NCBI GenBank assembly: GCA_024679065.1
Contig: JAGIQG010000005.1
Span: 47,926,001-47,990,000 of the forward strand
Reading direction: 5' to 3'
Length of the DNA: 64,000 bases
Source: Sphyrna mokarran
Lineage: Eukaryota
In this document: piece after piece, positions 25,224 to 38,868 of the stretch
How positions within the stretch are numbered: position 1 is the first letter of the stretch
Layout: each line of letters starts with the position of its first letter
Made by a program: the position numbers and the translations under genes
Notes under the pieces: model-generated
Told to the model about the DNA's origin: nothing
Databases searched by the model: none
The model's input: the letters and a program-made list of their open reading frames with translations, nothing else

Positions 25224-26871
25224 CTGAAAGGAAAAGACACAACAGTAGAAGTCAGCACTGCGTCCATCTAAACACGGATACCATCTGACACTGAATATCA
25301 CATCATTAACATTTAAAGCCCAGAGTGTCATTCGGCCCAACGGGTCCGCATGGGTTCAATTGCAACATATTTTCGGCGGACAAATGTTTGTATAATTAGC
25401 ACATAAAAATAAAGCTAGTCGGTTCCATGGGGAATGGATCTGTGCTTCAGTAATGAACTGAAATTGTGAGAAAATGTATATTCATATTTCTGGATAGTTT
25501 CCAATCTCTTCCAAAAAAACATTGGGGCATTGCCTGGAGCGTGCTTTAATCGACATTGGATTCTACATAAACTCTTCTCTGTTACGTTAGACGGGATAAA
25601 TCATGTAGACTGTAAAATTATAATGTTCATGGGGAATTCTAGGTTTCCAAATTGGGAAACTAAACCTGATAAAATAATAAAAAGGTTCCAGAGATTAACA
25701 AAATTGAAAGATGTCTACTGAACGCTTGCACTGCATTTCTTCTGAATATTTGTCAAGGAAGTTCAAATCATTTCAAAAGGGTTAGTTGGTTGGAATCTTC
25801 AACTACTACAAAGGCTGGAATGGAATCGGTTGTTAAAAAAAATCCAATGTTCATTTGAAATGCATTATTAATTATAGTTGACTGACTGGGGCTGTGACAG
25901 ATGGTGAGTCCCCATATGTATCATTTCTATAATTTAAGAATTATCCAATTTAAAATAAAAAGGGAGAAAAATACTGTGTTATTAACACTATTGGTGACAA
26001 CTAGATAATTGTTGCATGTGATCGCTTCCGATGCACATTAAAATACGACAGCAGCCCATTAGCACAAGCTAATACGCTGAGGCTAACAAAATACTTTGAT
26101 GTCCCCGACTTATCTCCTTAATCCCTTCAAAACATTTTGCTACTGATCAAACAAATAAACGACAGTCAAAAATTCACGACTGCAGAGTAATGGGAATATG
26201 GTATATTTCGGTGTGAATTTATGTGCAACATAAAAATGTGTTGGGTTCGGAATTACTTTAATGGCATCTTATTTCGTTTTGCACATTTATCAAATTGATT
26301 TTTGCGTCTTTCACTCAAAAATCCTAAATGATGCATAAAACCTCGATTTTCAACATCAGGGAAGTGTGCTATTTTGTCCACAATATGTTTACTTTAAGCA
26401 TTTGTGGCTTAAATTATTTAGCCAATAAACGAGGAAAATATAAAAACCAGAGCCAACTATGGTCATGGATTTTCAACCTGCGTTAAATCACTCACTTGTT
26501 GATTGACTTCGAGCAATCCTCCCCTACAGATCCCTTCCAAGGTATACAAATAATTATAAACATTTTGAGCATTTTTATTTCTTTTCTCGTTCTTTGTCGT
26601 TTATATAGTTGCAATGACGTTAGCGGTAAAACTGGTTGGTTGGAATCACTGCAACCTAACAGTATAGCGAAGTGAACTCAAACCCCCAGCTGGTCAGCGG
26701 TGGTGTACCTCATTACTCCCCTCACTTGGTGGGGTTCAGTAACTCCTTGGGGAGCATTTTTGCAATAATGCCGTCAGCATTCACCGTCTGGCAGAAGAGG
26801 TTATTCGTGAAGATGCCAGAGAATTAGACCGGATTGAGTAAAAGAAGGAAAGGTTAAACTGGATGACTTCA

Positions 26872-27190
26872 GGGGCAGAAAGATCGCACAGTGGCCAGCA
26901 ATGCTGACTCAAAGCGCCAGGGACCCGGGTTCGATTCGGCCTTGGGTCACTGCTTGTGTGGAGTTTGCGCATTCTTCCTGTATGGGCCTGGGTTTGCCCC
27001 GGATGCTCTAGTTCCGTCCAATAGTCCAAAGATGTGCAAGTTAGACGGATTGGACATGCTCAATTGCCACTTAGTGCCCCAATGTGCGAAGGTTAGTTAT
27101 GATAAATATGGGGATAGGGTCTAGGTGAGATGCTTTTTTGGAGAGTCAGATACGGACTCGATGGGCCAAATGGCCTCCTTCTGCATTGTG
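26872..27190 (+). mobile_element. HE1-like V-SINE
   Basis: tRNA-like head with GGGTTCGATTC, V-domain and tail GATGGGCCAAATGGCCTCCTTCTGCA. Confidence 0.88.
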
Positions 27191-27800
27191 GTGATACATA
27201 CATTGTAAATCCACTTTTCAATATTTAACCTAGGCTTGCTTTTGCGGATCACCCAAGGTGTTTAGTTTGAAAACTGAAAATATCATTTATTAATTAATAA
27301 AAGGCAAAGCGTGCTTATTATTCGATGAATCTGAAGTTCCCACGCTCAGGTCACGTATCAATTTCCACTTCAGGTAAAGTTTTTTTGGTAACAAGCTGGC
27401 GAGTGCGTTCTTTCCAGATCTGTGAGCGTTTTGATGAAACCCAGATGGACTCGAAAGCCGCGTCTGTTTCCAAATAATGTTGAAATTTGGCTTGTGAACT
27501 AGAAATGCTGTCACTAACACATTTATAATGTAGTTAATTGTCCGCCCAGTTCAGAAGGAAACCACCGATTTTTATTTCATCAGTTTAAATTGAAAAGTGC
27601 CAATTGTGTTCGAGAGTGTATTACCGAATTCCATTAGGGATGAAAAAAACAATTCCTGTTTGGCTACTGCGCCAGCTGCTAGGGACGGCAAGTTTAAACT
27701 TTGAGACGAGCTGATGAAAAATCTACGGTTGCAATTTCGTTACGAGTTCACGCTTTTGTTAAATTACATTGAAATATGTCTAACGAATTGTCCATTTGGT

Positions 27801-28020
27801 AAATAAAAACAGAAAGTGGTAAACAAAAAAAACCCTAACAGATCCGGCAGCATCTATAGAGAGAGAAATACACAACAGTTTTGAGAGAAACAGAGAGGGA
27901 GAGTCTCTTCGGACTCAAAAGTTTAACCCCGTTTCTACTGCCAGACCTGCTGACACTTTTCCAGTAAGCTCCTCTTTTTTTCAATGTCAGATCTCCAGAA
28001 TGCACTGTATTTTGCAAACC
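27801..28020. mobile_element. Palindromic Penelope-like terminal-repeat relic
   Basis: Arms CAGATCCGGCAG and CTGCCAGACCTG are in inverted orientation. A related arm lies at ~35290-35410. Confidence 0.55.
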
Positions 28021-31000
28021 TTTCTTGTTCACTCTTTCTCACTTCAATCCGATTGCAATATTGCAATGACGTACGATCACTAGGTCCACCCATTTGTCAA
28101 CGTGTTACGTCGAAAATTTCCTCTCAACCGTCCTCCCCACACCTCCCCCCCCCCCCCCGCCCAGATGAAGGGCAGTGTAGATACATTTCGTCAATGAACC
28201 TCGGCATAAGAAATCGAGCTAGTTAAATATAATTAGCTTCTCTTTCAGTTTTCAAGTGGGGGAGAAATATATGAGTACTCTTAACAAGAAAAAAGATGCA
28301 CGAAATTTGACAACATTTAAGGCACACCACAGAAGAACCTTTGGCCACTAGTGGAAGATGTATGCTTACAGTTGGATTCCATTGCACCTCCTATTTTGTT
28401 GAATTTACGTTGTGTCGCGAAATATAATTCATGCAATTGTCAATTATCCGTCTGCTTTGCTGAGAATGCTTAGATCTTTGGCCACGTCGTGTTAAAATCC
28501 CACTTGAAACAACTCAAGTGAACCTGTATAAGCTAGTGGTAACTAACTCAATTGGATCTGCAGACAATCCTGAAGCTATTAAATGATTTCCAAGCTTGCT
28601 AAAATAATTGAGAATAGTACTGCTGAGATGCAAATTCGCGACAGTTACTTTATTGGCTCAGACCCTCTAAAAATATATCTTATTTTAACTAACGTTTTAA
28701 CATGGACTTTTTATGCCTGATTATGTTAGTCTCAGTGCTTCCAATAAGCTACTCCAAAATTAGACGTGCAAAGTATAGGCCACGAGTCTGAATTTTCAAT
28801 GTGCTGAAGGGTCTGAAAAATGTATCGCTGAGAGCAATCTGAGTCACCTCTAACTGCAGTATCCCACAACCATGAACCATGAGAAAAGAAGTTGTCATTA
28901 ATTGGGCAGTAAACACGCCCATATATAGATATATATCTACATATATATACATATGCCTGAATATTTATTTATAGCCTAAATAATCTGTTTGTTTATCTGA
29001 CTGTACATATCTTGCTGTTTTTGATGTTTCACGGAAGGAATGAGTGATACTGGATCGATACATACGCAAGTATAGATATTGCCTAGTTACAAAACACCAT
29101 CCGCCCAACAGTTTACAGGATGCAGTGCAAAACAAACCATTGGAGCAGTAGCTCCTTTCAGTACTTTCAACCATATTTATTAAAGTCTTGTAATATCACT
29201 TTGCTAATTTAGCCCTAGAATATCTCGAAGGCATATTTTCATGTTAATTTCTTTTACAGATCATCAATATGGAAAATAATACTTGCTTCATTTGTTAATA
29301 ATTATGAACAGATTGTGCTTTGAAACATAATTCTGCAACGAACTTGATAGCGTTCAAACGACTAGAGGAAATCGCAAACCAATGGACCGTGACAAAAACG
29401 CAGCTTGAAGCCTTCAATTCCTTACGTGTTCAGAATGTTCAGCCTCACATCTTCAGTGTGATTTCGTAATGCAATGTGTAAATATGTTGCAAGTGTACAT
29501 GCAATTGTTATGGAAGTTAATGCATTAATAATAACCTTGAATGGGCACACATTTAATGTAGTTAACCTAATCCGTGATTAATTCTGACTGCAAACAATAC
29601 AGTATACGAAGACATTCGCTTCTATTCAACAGCAATCCTAATTCAGTTATCTTTCGTCAGCGATTATCAGGACTTATCCACATGTCCAGAGCTGCCTTTG
29701 CAATTGACATTTCCTTAGTTAGTAACCAAGAATGTCCTTTATCCACAGCAAAAGTTAGTATTAATAGGCATCGTGTTTTGTATGTGAATGCATATTAAAT
29801 TACCTTACTATGTGTAGGTCTAATTTGACAGTAGGACCCAGAAATATCTGTCAATGGGTAAGTGCGTACGGCTATTGATACAGCTAATGTTTAACCTAAA
29901 ATGAAGCTTTTAAAAAAATACCTAGACAAATGTTTTAAGCTACTTGTTCCCGTTCTTCTTCGAGTACCAATGTTGATGGTCACATTATGAGTACACAATG
30001 TAGTGCCTCTATCCATTCATCTGTCGATTTGTCAAGTGCCCCAGTTGGTCAAATATAAAATGTGCAAGTATTTCAATGACTGCAATAGTCATTATAAGCA
30101 TTGGCGTGGCCACAAAGATAACCCGACATTAAATAACTACTGTTCAAGGTTCTGTTTGTGCGCACTTTCTCCCATTGCTTTGTTTGATTTTTTAAAAATC
30201 TGGCTAATGTAACACAGCACCACCATTTTCACTTTATTGATTGCTCATTGACCAAGCTCTTGCAAATCATATTTGCCTCCCTCTGTCAATTTATATTAGC
30301 AGAAACATTTAAAACACCTCCCATTATCTACATATTGAAATCAAGAATGTGTTTTAATGTTAGCTGTAATGTCTCTGCTCAGACAGGAGCCACGGTCCCT
30401 GAGTACTGTATTAATAGCTCAACAGGGGCTAATACGGAAAATTAGACTTAAACGAGCTCTAGAGATCCCTAAATGAAAGCGTCATTTATCACGCTGGCTA
30501 CTTTAACTCTCCTCGTTTGCTCTCTCTTCTGGGACCAACTCATTTCCTGTTAAGTAAATTACCTTAAAAAGTGCCAGGCAGCTATTCCCACACAAAATAC
30601 GGCACACTGACTCTTGACCATCTCGTTAACCCCACTTTGGAAACGCAGCCATTCTGTATTTTACAATTAAGTATTAGCTTCCCCCTTTTCTCGGTTGGCC
30701 TGCGCTGTATTTAATCCTTAAAAAACATGAAATCACTCATCTCTGCAACGGAATGCCTCCAATTTGTGCGAGAGTATAAATAAATGGTCGCAGGGAAAAC
30801 AAAAGCAACAGAAAAGGTGAATATTGAAGGCGCTAAATAATACGTGCTGACAATTTCTAATTTGGATTTATCTGAAATCTCGGTGCCACATGTTTCATAA
30901 TCGTTATGGCGACCTTTGCAAATTCTACCCCGAAGTTAAGGTCCTCTAAAGACATTTATTTCTAGATATCAGTAATCAAATATTACCTAATATCGACAAC

Positions 31001-32249
31001 TAACATTTTCAGTTACATGCAGGCGCAGTTTTTGTTTCTGTTGTTAATATCTAAAAATAATAACATTATTTTCCTTAGAAAATCGACATTATTTTTATCA
31101 GGTTTGATTGCCAACCGTTATTCAAATGAATACATTTGAGTGTGCACATGATATTTCACAAACCAAGATAACTCAAATCCGTTAATATGAATTACTCCAA
31201 TATTTAGACATCTATTTGCATCAGTTTCTCGTTTATAGTTTACACTCAGCCAAACATGCTTTAATAGCTCCTGAGAGTGAGAGGGCCGTTTTCTGCCTAA
31301 CGGTCGTGGTTTCAGGAATGAGTATTCACCTTAAGCAGTGTCAGTGACATATTATTAGTCCCATGTATAATTGTAGAAGACCACTGCTAATGTTATGTCA
31401 CTTAAACATGAGAATCGGATAACCGTGTCCAATATATACAGGTTACAAATACCCTCCTCCCCATAACAAAATAAATCCATATTAGCAGATCTAAAAGTGC
31501 TGCTTCTACATCATTCATATTACATACAATTCGCGTCTGCAGTTTCAATCTATAGAATTACATTTTGATCTTTAGCAACTCAAAAGTGAATAATCGAATT
31601 TTAAGAGAACGCGTTATTGTGGCAAGCACTGAAAATGTATGACTAGCGACTGAAAATGTGCAAGCTGTCAAAAACAAGATTGCGAACAATTGTGTAAAAG
31701 CTGTGGAACCCAAATCTTGTGTGGAGCCGCTTCCTACACATGCGCATTGCATGCCACGGGAAGAAGAGGTGGTGCCACTACATCAGGATCTGCTGTCCTC
31801 ATGTTGTTAAGCAAACTTGAGTTTGGCAAAGTTGTTGGAATTCTGAGTGTTTCCAACAACAGTTCCATTTCACAGCTAGAATTTTTAATCGCTTCCTTTA
31901 AGCTATTGACATTGTGAAGAGTCGGATTTTACACATGCACATTACTGTTCTTGCTTGACATTTCGCCTTTTACAAGCACTTTAATCAGCACGTTTGCTAA
32001 ATGTGCAAACGTTCATTGGCTTGTCAGTAGTGGACTGGAATCGTCTGCGCGCGCGGTGAAAACATTTAATGTTTACTTCTCTCCATTTTCTTTATAGGTA
32101 CACATCAAAACCCTCCAAAATAGGGTTTTACAAGTTGTTGGCTAAATTTGGAAAATTTCTTATTTTACTAGCTCAGCATAACAATCCTTCAAATGCTGAT
32201 AGTTTAACACAGTCGTAATGAAACATTAATCAACTTTTCAACTGTTGTG

Positions 32250-32545
32250 TGGAACCAAGGAGACTTACTGCACAGAAAGGACATTTGGATTATTACATCT
32301 GAACTGGTTTTAGCTGGAATAATCTGAACGCTAAACGCATTGCCCTCTTCCTCCCATAGGTTTGTATCTTCTCAGCTTTTTGATATTCATCCAAATTCCC
32401 CTTAAAAGATATAGTGGCCTCCGCCCAACCACTTCCTGTGGCAAAACATTCCAAGCTCCAAGAGTCCTCTGTAAAAACATGTTTTCCAAACATCTCCCAT
32501 GCACTCTCACTGACAATTTTAAATCGATGTCCTCCTCACTCCAGT
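32250..32545 (-). mobile_element. Decayed CR1 3' fragment
   Basis: ORF 32331..32516 contains LGAWNVLPQEVV, a CR1 C-terminal motif. Confidence 0.6.
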
Positions 32546-32627
32546 GAGTGGCAACCCAATGAAAATAAAATTTATTTAATCATTCAATGAAAAGTTTTCA
32601 TAATTGTAAACAAAACTTGAGTAAATT

Positions 32628-32918
32628 GGGTGGCATGGTGGCACAATGTTTAGCACTGCTTCCTCTCAGCTCCAGGGATCTGGGTTCAATTACAGCCTTG
32701 GGTCATTTTGTATGTGAACTTTGCACATTCTCCTCCATCTTCCTGGGTTTTCTTCACAGTCCAAAGATATGCAAGTTAGGTGGACTGGCCATGCTAAATT
32801 GACCTTAGTCTCAGGGGAATAACAGGGTAAATATGTGGAGTTACGGGAATAGGTGGGATTGTGGCTGATGCAGATTCGATGGGCTGAATGTCATCCTTTT
32901 GCACTGTGGGGATTCTAC
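32628..32918 (+). mobile_element. HE1-like V-SINE
   Basis: GGGTGGCATGGTGGCACAATG head, partial V-domain and the same tail. Confidence 0.85.
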
Positions 32919-34109
32919 AAAATTCTTGGCTTAGCTTTCCCTGATCTCGTGGATGTAGGATAGTATAGGACAACTTATACAAGGGTTCTCTGGATTGCTA
33001 ACCGAAACTTTGGTATAAAATTGTCTGAACCATTTATATTCTTTCTGCAAAATTTCAACTGATTTTCTGCCAAAATAATGGCATAAGAAGGTCTGCAGAA
33101 TTTTAACCCTCACCCAATCCCCAAATATCCCCAAAGAATATTAGTTTTCAGGTATCATTCTGAGGAATCCAGGCTGTATATTTTGTATAGCATTAATGCC
33201 TTTGCTGCAATAGAGCATGCTGAGTTTTATGACCTAACCAATGTAGAGGCAGTACTGTAACCAATGTTTTCAGAAATTCATTACTACTTTTTCACTGTTT
33301 ATTTTAAACATCTATTTGCAAAGCACAGCATTATACTTTTTTTTTGGATATTTACCTGCAATGTGGCTTTCTGGAAAATATCTAAGTTAAGTCATTCATA
33401 TATATCATAACTTCTGGTCTATCTTTCCATTTTGAATTATCTTATGCTTAACCCCTTTAAATTGCATCTGACACCTGTACATCATTTGTCTTAACTCTCC
33501 ATGTGTCCTTTAATGAATCTTTTACTTTTGTGTTATCAACAAATTTTGAGTTTGCCCCAAGGTTGCCTAAATTACATTCAACCAAATATTGGAAAAGATC
33601 TTTTTCAAGACTCCAAGCAACCATATAAAACAGACGGTAAATGTGTCTTGCATGTACTAATGGGAATCTAATACTTATTTTAGAAATCCACTGGGAAACC
33701 AAACTACTCTGCTCAGGCTTCGCTGGTGTGCATGCAACTTAATATATGGTAAAATCCAAAAATGTGAACAAATTTTTTTTCAAGTTTACAAACAGGAGCA
33801 AGGCTCTTAGGGAATGCTGCTTATCTACAATTGGCTTCTCCTATTGCTCATCCTCTAGCACTTATTTGAGAGCCATTGCTGGTGAGACAGGTGACCTAAA
33901 ATTGGATTTCACAGTAGGGGCCAAGCTAATTCTAGAGGTGCAACAAATATTGGCATCTCAGCCAAAATGTTGAAGATGAAACCTAAAGGAAGAAATTCAA
34001 ATGGTCCCTTGGGCAGTATTTCCAGGCATGTGCAACATGAATGTTACCTGGTTCAGTCTGAAGACAACCAAATTATCCCACTATTTTCCACAACTATTCA
34101 TCATATTTG

Positions 34110-34560
34110 TTAAAGAGTTTAAATGATGGGATAGAAAGCCACATATCCATATATGCCAATGACATAAAGATAGGCATTGAAAGCAGTGCAGGTGGAACAT
34201 TAAACTGAGAGATTAAGCAAATGGACAAAGTTGTGGCAAATTGATTTCAAATTGATTTCAATTTAGACGAATGTGAGGCCATTCAGTTTGGATGTAAAAA
34301 GGATAAAACAGGGTAATTTCTAAGGGGGAAAAATGGGAAACAATGGCAGTTCAAACAGGCTTTGGAGCCTAGTTTCACTGTCCATTTAAACACTGTGAGC
34401 AGAAAATAATCCAAAAGATGTACTGGTCTTTATATCTAGAGAACGAGAATAGAATATGGTAGAAATCATGTTTCAGCATTACAAAACCCTGATTAAATTG
34501 CATTTGAATGACTGTGAGACAGCCAGGCCGCAGGGTCCCAACTGATATAACATGGCACAC
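34110..34560 (+). mobile_element. Decayed CR1 RT fragment
   Basis: ATATATGCCAATGACATAAAGATAGG resembles the (F/Y)ADDTK motif region, followed by W..KW..FN-like sequence. Confidence 0.5.
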
Positions 34561-35929
34561 TGGTACGCCGTGTAGACCTCCCATAAATGTGCCTCAAAAT
34601 AAGATTCAAAATGATTAAAGATTCATGTGACTAAAACTAACTTTCGTCTTCAGCTCTGTGGTCGACAACTCCAATATTCAATTAACCTTAGGCCTCCCTT
34701 GCATGCACTGGCCAGGGAAGAGCCACACATGCATGGTTTAGATTTTTATTACATTGGTCAGGCCCATGTGCATGAACAGTGGGACCCAGAGCTAAAGACA
34801 AAGGCCCCATGCATCCACACCAAAAGTAAAAACTCTAAAAGTGCACACAAACACTGGGACAAGTGAGAGAGATAGCGAGAGGAAAAAAAAATTAGCATAT
34901 ACTGTTCTGAAAATCATAATATTGAAATGATGCTAATAACTTGTATCTATAGTTATGCTTAGCTAATACCTAGATATTAGATTAGCAGTGTGCTAAAATT
35001 TCTGTTTTGCGCAGTAATTCACTACCCCAAAGTGTGGTGGATGCTCAGACAGTGAGTAAGTTTAAGAAAGAGCTAGAGAGATTTTTAACTGGTAATAATT
35101 TGAAGGGTTGTGGGAAGAAATTGTGGATGAAGAGCATACCAGCTATGATTGAATAGCAGAGCTGACTTAATGGGCCGAATAAGTTATGAACTTGTGAACT
35201 TGCTTCAGCTTTCTTCTCTTTTTCAATGAAGTTTCCATTTTCTCTCATATTTTGTTATTCTACTTGAAGTAACGGTACTCAAAATATTAATACAAAAGCA
35301 AAATACAGTTGATGCTGGAAATCTGGCATTAGAAGGAAAAATGCTGGAAAAACTCAGATAATCACGCAACATTTGTGTAGAGAAACAGTCAACGTTTATG
35401 TTGCTGACCATTTCAAAATGTTAAATCTTGCATGAACCAGATAAGTTATTTGTGAACTATAGTATTTCAGGAAATCATGGTTCCTTCATATAGATTTTAC
35501 ATTTATATTGTATTGTTCACATTTTTCCACACCAATAATCTGAATTTTGTGGTAGCAACACTATCACAGTTACGTCCACAGCTACAAACACCTAACCAGC
35601 CACACAACAACCCACTCGCAAAGTAAAAGAACCAACACTCATACCCGTTCTCCACAAGCACACATTCAAAGTCTCGGCATTATTACAGTGGAAAGATTTG
35701 TGACATCCATATATGTACAGTAAAACATGGAAAGGCGTACTTCCCAATTCTGTTTAGATTTTCTGCCCATATTGCATTCTGTCTGACAGCAAAGGAGGAC
35801 TGAAAATCACCCACAAAAATTATTTTGGTCGAAGGCATTTGAGAAAAAATAGCCCGGCCTCAAAACTTTTTATAGTTTAAAGGTGTGCAATGACATATAA
35901 AAGATTGGGAACTATTGATCTACGCACCA

Positions 35930-36545
35930 GACCTGAGGAAGGATATATTGCTTTTAGAGAGAGTACAGCAAAAGTTGCCAGAATAATCCCAAAACTCCAG
36001 AGGTTAAGTTAACAGGAAATATTCATTAACTCGTGTTATATATCCTGGGATTTAGAAGGTTGGGGATTGATTTACATAGATTTTCAAAATAATAAGGACA
36101 AAAGATTGGGAGAAATTTATTCCATTTGTTAGGAATTGTGGAGTACAGTGTCATAGTGGTAAGCACTGCTGTCTGACAGAGTCAGGGACCCGAATTTAAT
36201 TCCTGGCCTGGGTCAGTGTCTGTGTGGAGGTGCATTAGCCATGCAAATTTCTCCCTCAGTGTCGCTGAACATGCACCAGAGTATCATGACTAGGGATTTT
36301 CATAGTAACTTCACTGCAGTGTTAATGTAAGCCTTCTTGTGACACTAATGAATAAACTTAAAACTTTTGAACTGGGAAAAATAGTCTAACAATAGGTTCA
36401 GCTATCTCTGGAGTGAAATTAAGAAATATTTCTTCATGCGGAGATTGGTCAAAATTTGGAATTCTCTTCGAGAGATGGCATTTGATTGTATACTTGATAA
36501 TTTTAAAACTAAGATTGAAAGATTTTTGTTAACCATATGAATATG
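35930..36545 (+). mobile_element. Decayed CR1 3' fragment hosting a SINE
   Basis: Degenerate KDI..LE.VQ..F and FF..R.V..WNSL motifs on both sides of the SINE. Confidence 0.55.
36140..36365 (+). mobile_element. tRNA-derived SINE with alternative tail (internally deleted), nested in a CR1 relic
   Basis: Head GTGGTAAGCACTGCTGTC and tail GCAGTGTTAATGTAAGCC..TTGTGACACTAAT. Reverse-complement match to 37590-37895. Confidence 0.75.
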
Positions 36546-37331
36546 CAGCAAAAAAGTTTTTTTGATGTCAAAATGATGTCATTTTGAATTATGTCAAATT
36601 AAAAATTAATCAGTGGTGGAATCAGGTGACCAAATAGTTTCCTGTCCCTATATTTCTATGTTTCATCTACCACAAGTCTAAATCCTCTTTATACATTGGG
36701 AACAAAAATGGTTAGCTGCATTAGTATACCATTTTCAAACCTTTCCCAATCTTTAGCCTAACACTTCCATCTTTCTACCTCCCTCTTATGCACTGGGTCT
36801 GATTTATTTTCAACAAGCCATTTCTATGACATCATCAGATTTCTTCCAACTATCCAAGTTCAGTAAGTTGACTTAATTAGCCTTCTCTATCCAGTTGGGC
36901 TCCTTCAAAAATTACAAATCAGAAGTTGCCTTTCACAAGTTAGTGCCAGTTCCCATGTTTTACCTTAAGCTTACCCATTTTATCATGGGTGATGGATTCT
37001 AATAGTGGAACTCCAATCTTCAAAGGGGTGGGGGGTGAGGGTGGGTGGGCAGAGGTTGCACAAAATAGAAGTCATGTTTCTCTTGTTGATTGCATACCCT
37101 AATCCATTGAGTGGGATAGCTGATATATTATTGCCCATTTTAACTCTGAACGATGTTGATGTTTTACCTGAGTTCACCTAGAACTGATGCATGACTTAAT
37201 ACCATACAGTCACTCAGTTTACCCTTCTCACCCTTTCTGAAGAATTATTAGATTGTTCACTGCCCCTCCCAATGATGCACATTGTACATTCAAGGAGAAA
37301 AGATATCAAAGATTTGCCACCCACTTATTTT

Positions 37332-37480
37332 ATAGAACATAGAACATTACAGCACAGAACAGGCCCTTCGGCCTTTGATGTTGCGCCGACCAATATAAAA
37401 AGCAATGCCCCTCCAAACTAAATCATTCCCTTCTCTTCCATATACTTATCAACTAGACATTTTGAACAATGTCTATGGGA
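37332..37480 (-). mobile_element. HER1/CR1 3' tail relic
   Basis: ATAGAACATAGAACATTACAGCACAGAACAGGCCCTTCGGCC. Confidence 0.75.
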
Positions 37481-37589
37481 AATGTTATTAGAGACTATGA
37501 TTTTGCTAATCTTAATTCCGCTTATTTTCTATAGAAACTAATTTTCTATCAATACATCAATCATTTTCCATATCCTCTCCAGTACACTT

Positions 37590-37895
37590 ATTTTTATTTA
37601 TTATCAGTATCACAAGTAGGCTTACATTAACACTGCAATGAAGTTACTATGAAAATGCCTTAGTTGCCACACTCTGGCACTTGCTCAGGTACACTAAGGG
37701 AGAATTTAGCATGGCCAATGCCCCGAACCAGCACATCTCTCAGACTGTGGGACAAAACAGGAACACCAGAGGAAACCCATGCAGAACTAGTAGAATGTGC
37801 AAACTCTATAGAGACAGTGAACTAAGGCTGGAATTGAACTCGGGCCCCTGGCATTGTGAAACAGCAATGCTAACCACTGTGCCAACATGCCACCC
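37590..37895 (-). mobile_element. V-SINE with alternative tail
   Basis: Reverse strand shows a tRNA-like head, V-domain and the tail shared with 36140-36365. Confidence 0.8.
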
Positions 37896-38740
37896 TATTT
37901 GTGTTTAGTCCACCACCACAGATAAAAAATAACAAGTTTTTCAAAAAACCGTCAACAACATCAGCAACAAATCCAGGTATATCTTCATCCTCAATAATAA
38001 GGCTTATGTGCTGTAGTCCTATTATTTTATTGTTTCAATGTATACAAGCCAATTTATTGTTTATTTTCAAAGTAGTATTTTCTCATATTCTCGTCTTGGT
38101 CTCCCAGAACTCTTGATCTTATCATAATGGCAGGGCAAGCTCGAAAGCCTGACATACTCCTGCTCCTAAATCCTACGTTCGCAAGTCTATCCTCTCCCAC
38201 GAAATTATCCACATTCTTCATGATTATCCTCAGCATTTAAAATGCAACTTGATCAGCTTAAGTGGCATTTTTGAGGGATTCCGGTGGGAGGCGGGAAGCA
38301 TTGAACCAAACTTATCTGTTTTTATCACCACCGTTTAGCGATTCGATCGCGTGTAAAAGCTTTACGTAATGAACGCAATTCATATTATTTTCTTTGTAAC
38401 AAATCATGCAAAGTTACTCTGTTCTCGTTATTTTTTTTATTTTATTTTTAATTCATCGGTTTAATAGCGGAAATGATGAACTTTTAGCTCTTTTGTGAGA
38501 TGCACTTGCAAGTGTAGAATGTTATAATACTTTTAAAACTTCGCAACGGTGACAAAGCGGTGACAAAGCACATCATTGACAAATGAAGGTACCACGAGGA
38601 AACAATATTTACTTCTGTCCGGCTGTCTCAATATTAGCTCAGCTTAAAATACAAACCCCTTTTAGTGGTTTAATTCGAGATAAAATTCGCGACAAATCAT
38701 GCAAACTTGCCCTCAACGGTGATGGTCATGGTTTCTTTTG

Positions 38741-38868
38741 AAGATTCCCCGGCCGCACTCGCGTTAAAACCGGAGAATCCCGCTTGAGGTTAATGGACCT
38801 TTACGCGGTCTGCATCCCCGCCCGCCCGCTACATTTCCTGTGGCGTGCGGGACGGGAGAATTCCGGTC
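38741..38868. mobile_element. MITE relic, related family
   Basis: GC-rich island ending GGAGAATTCCGGTC, with internal ATCCCGCTTGAGG similar to the 12119 copy. Confidence 0.6.

Noticed and set aside
26872-26945. tRNA gene
   Set aside because: tRNA-derived SINE head with no complete cloverleaf, continuous with a V-domain and LINE tail.
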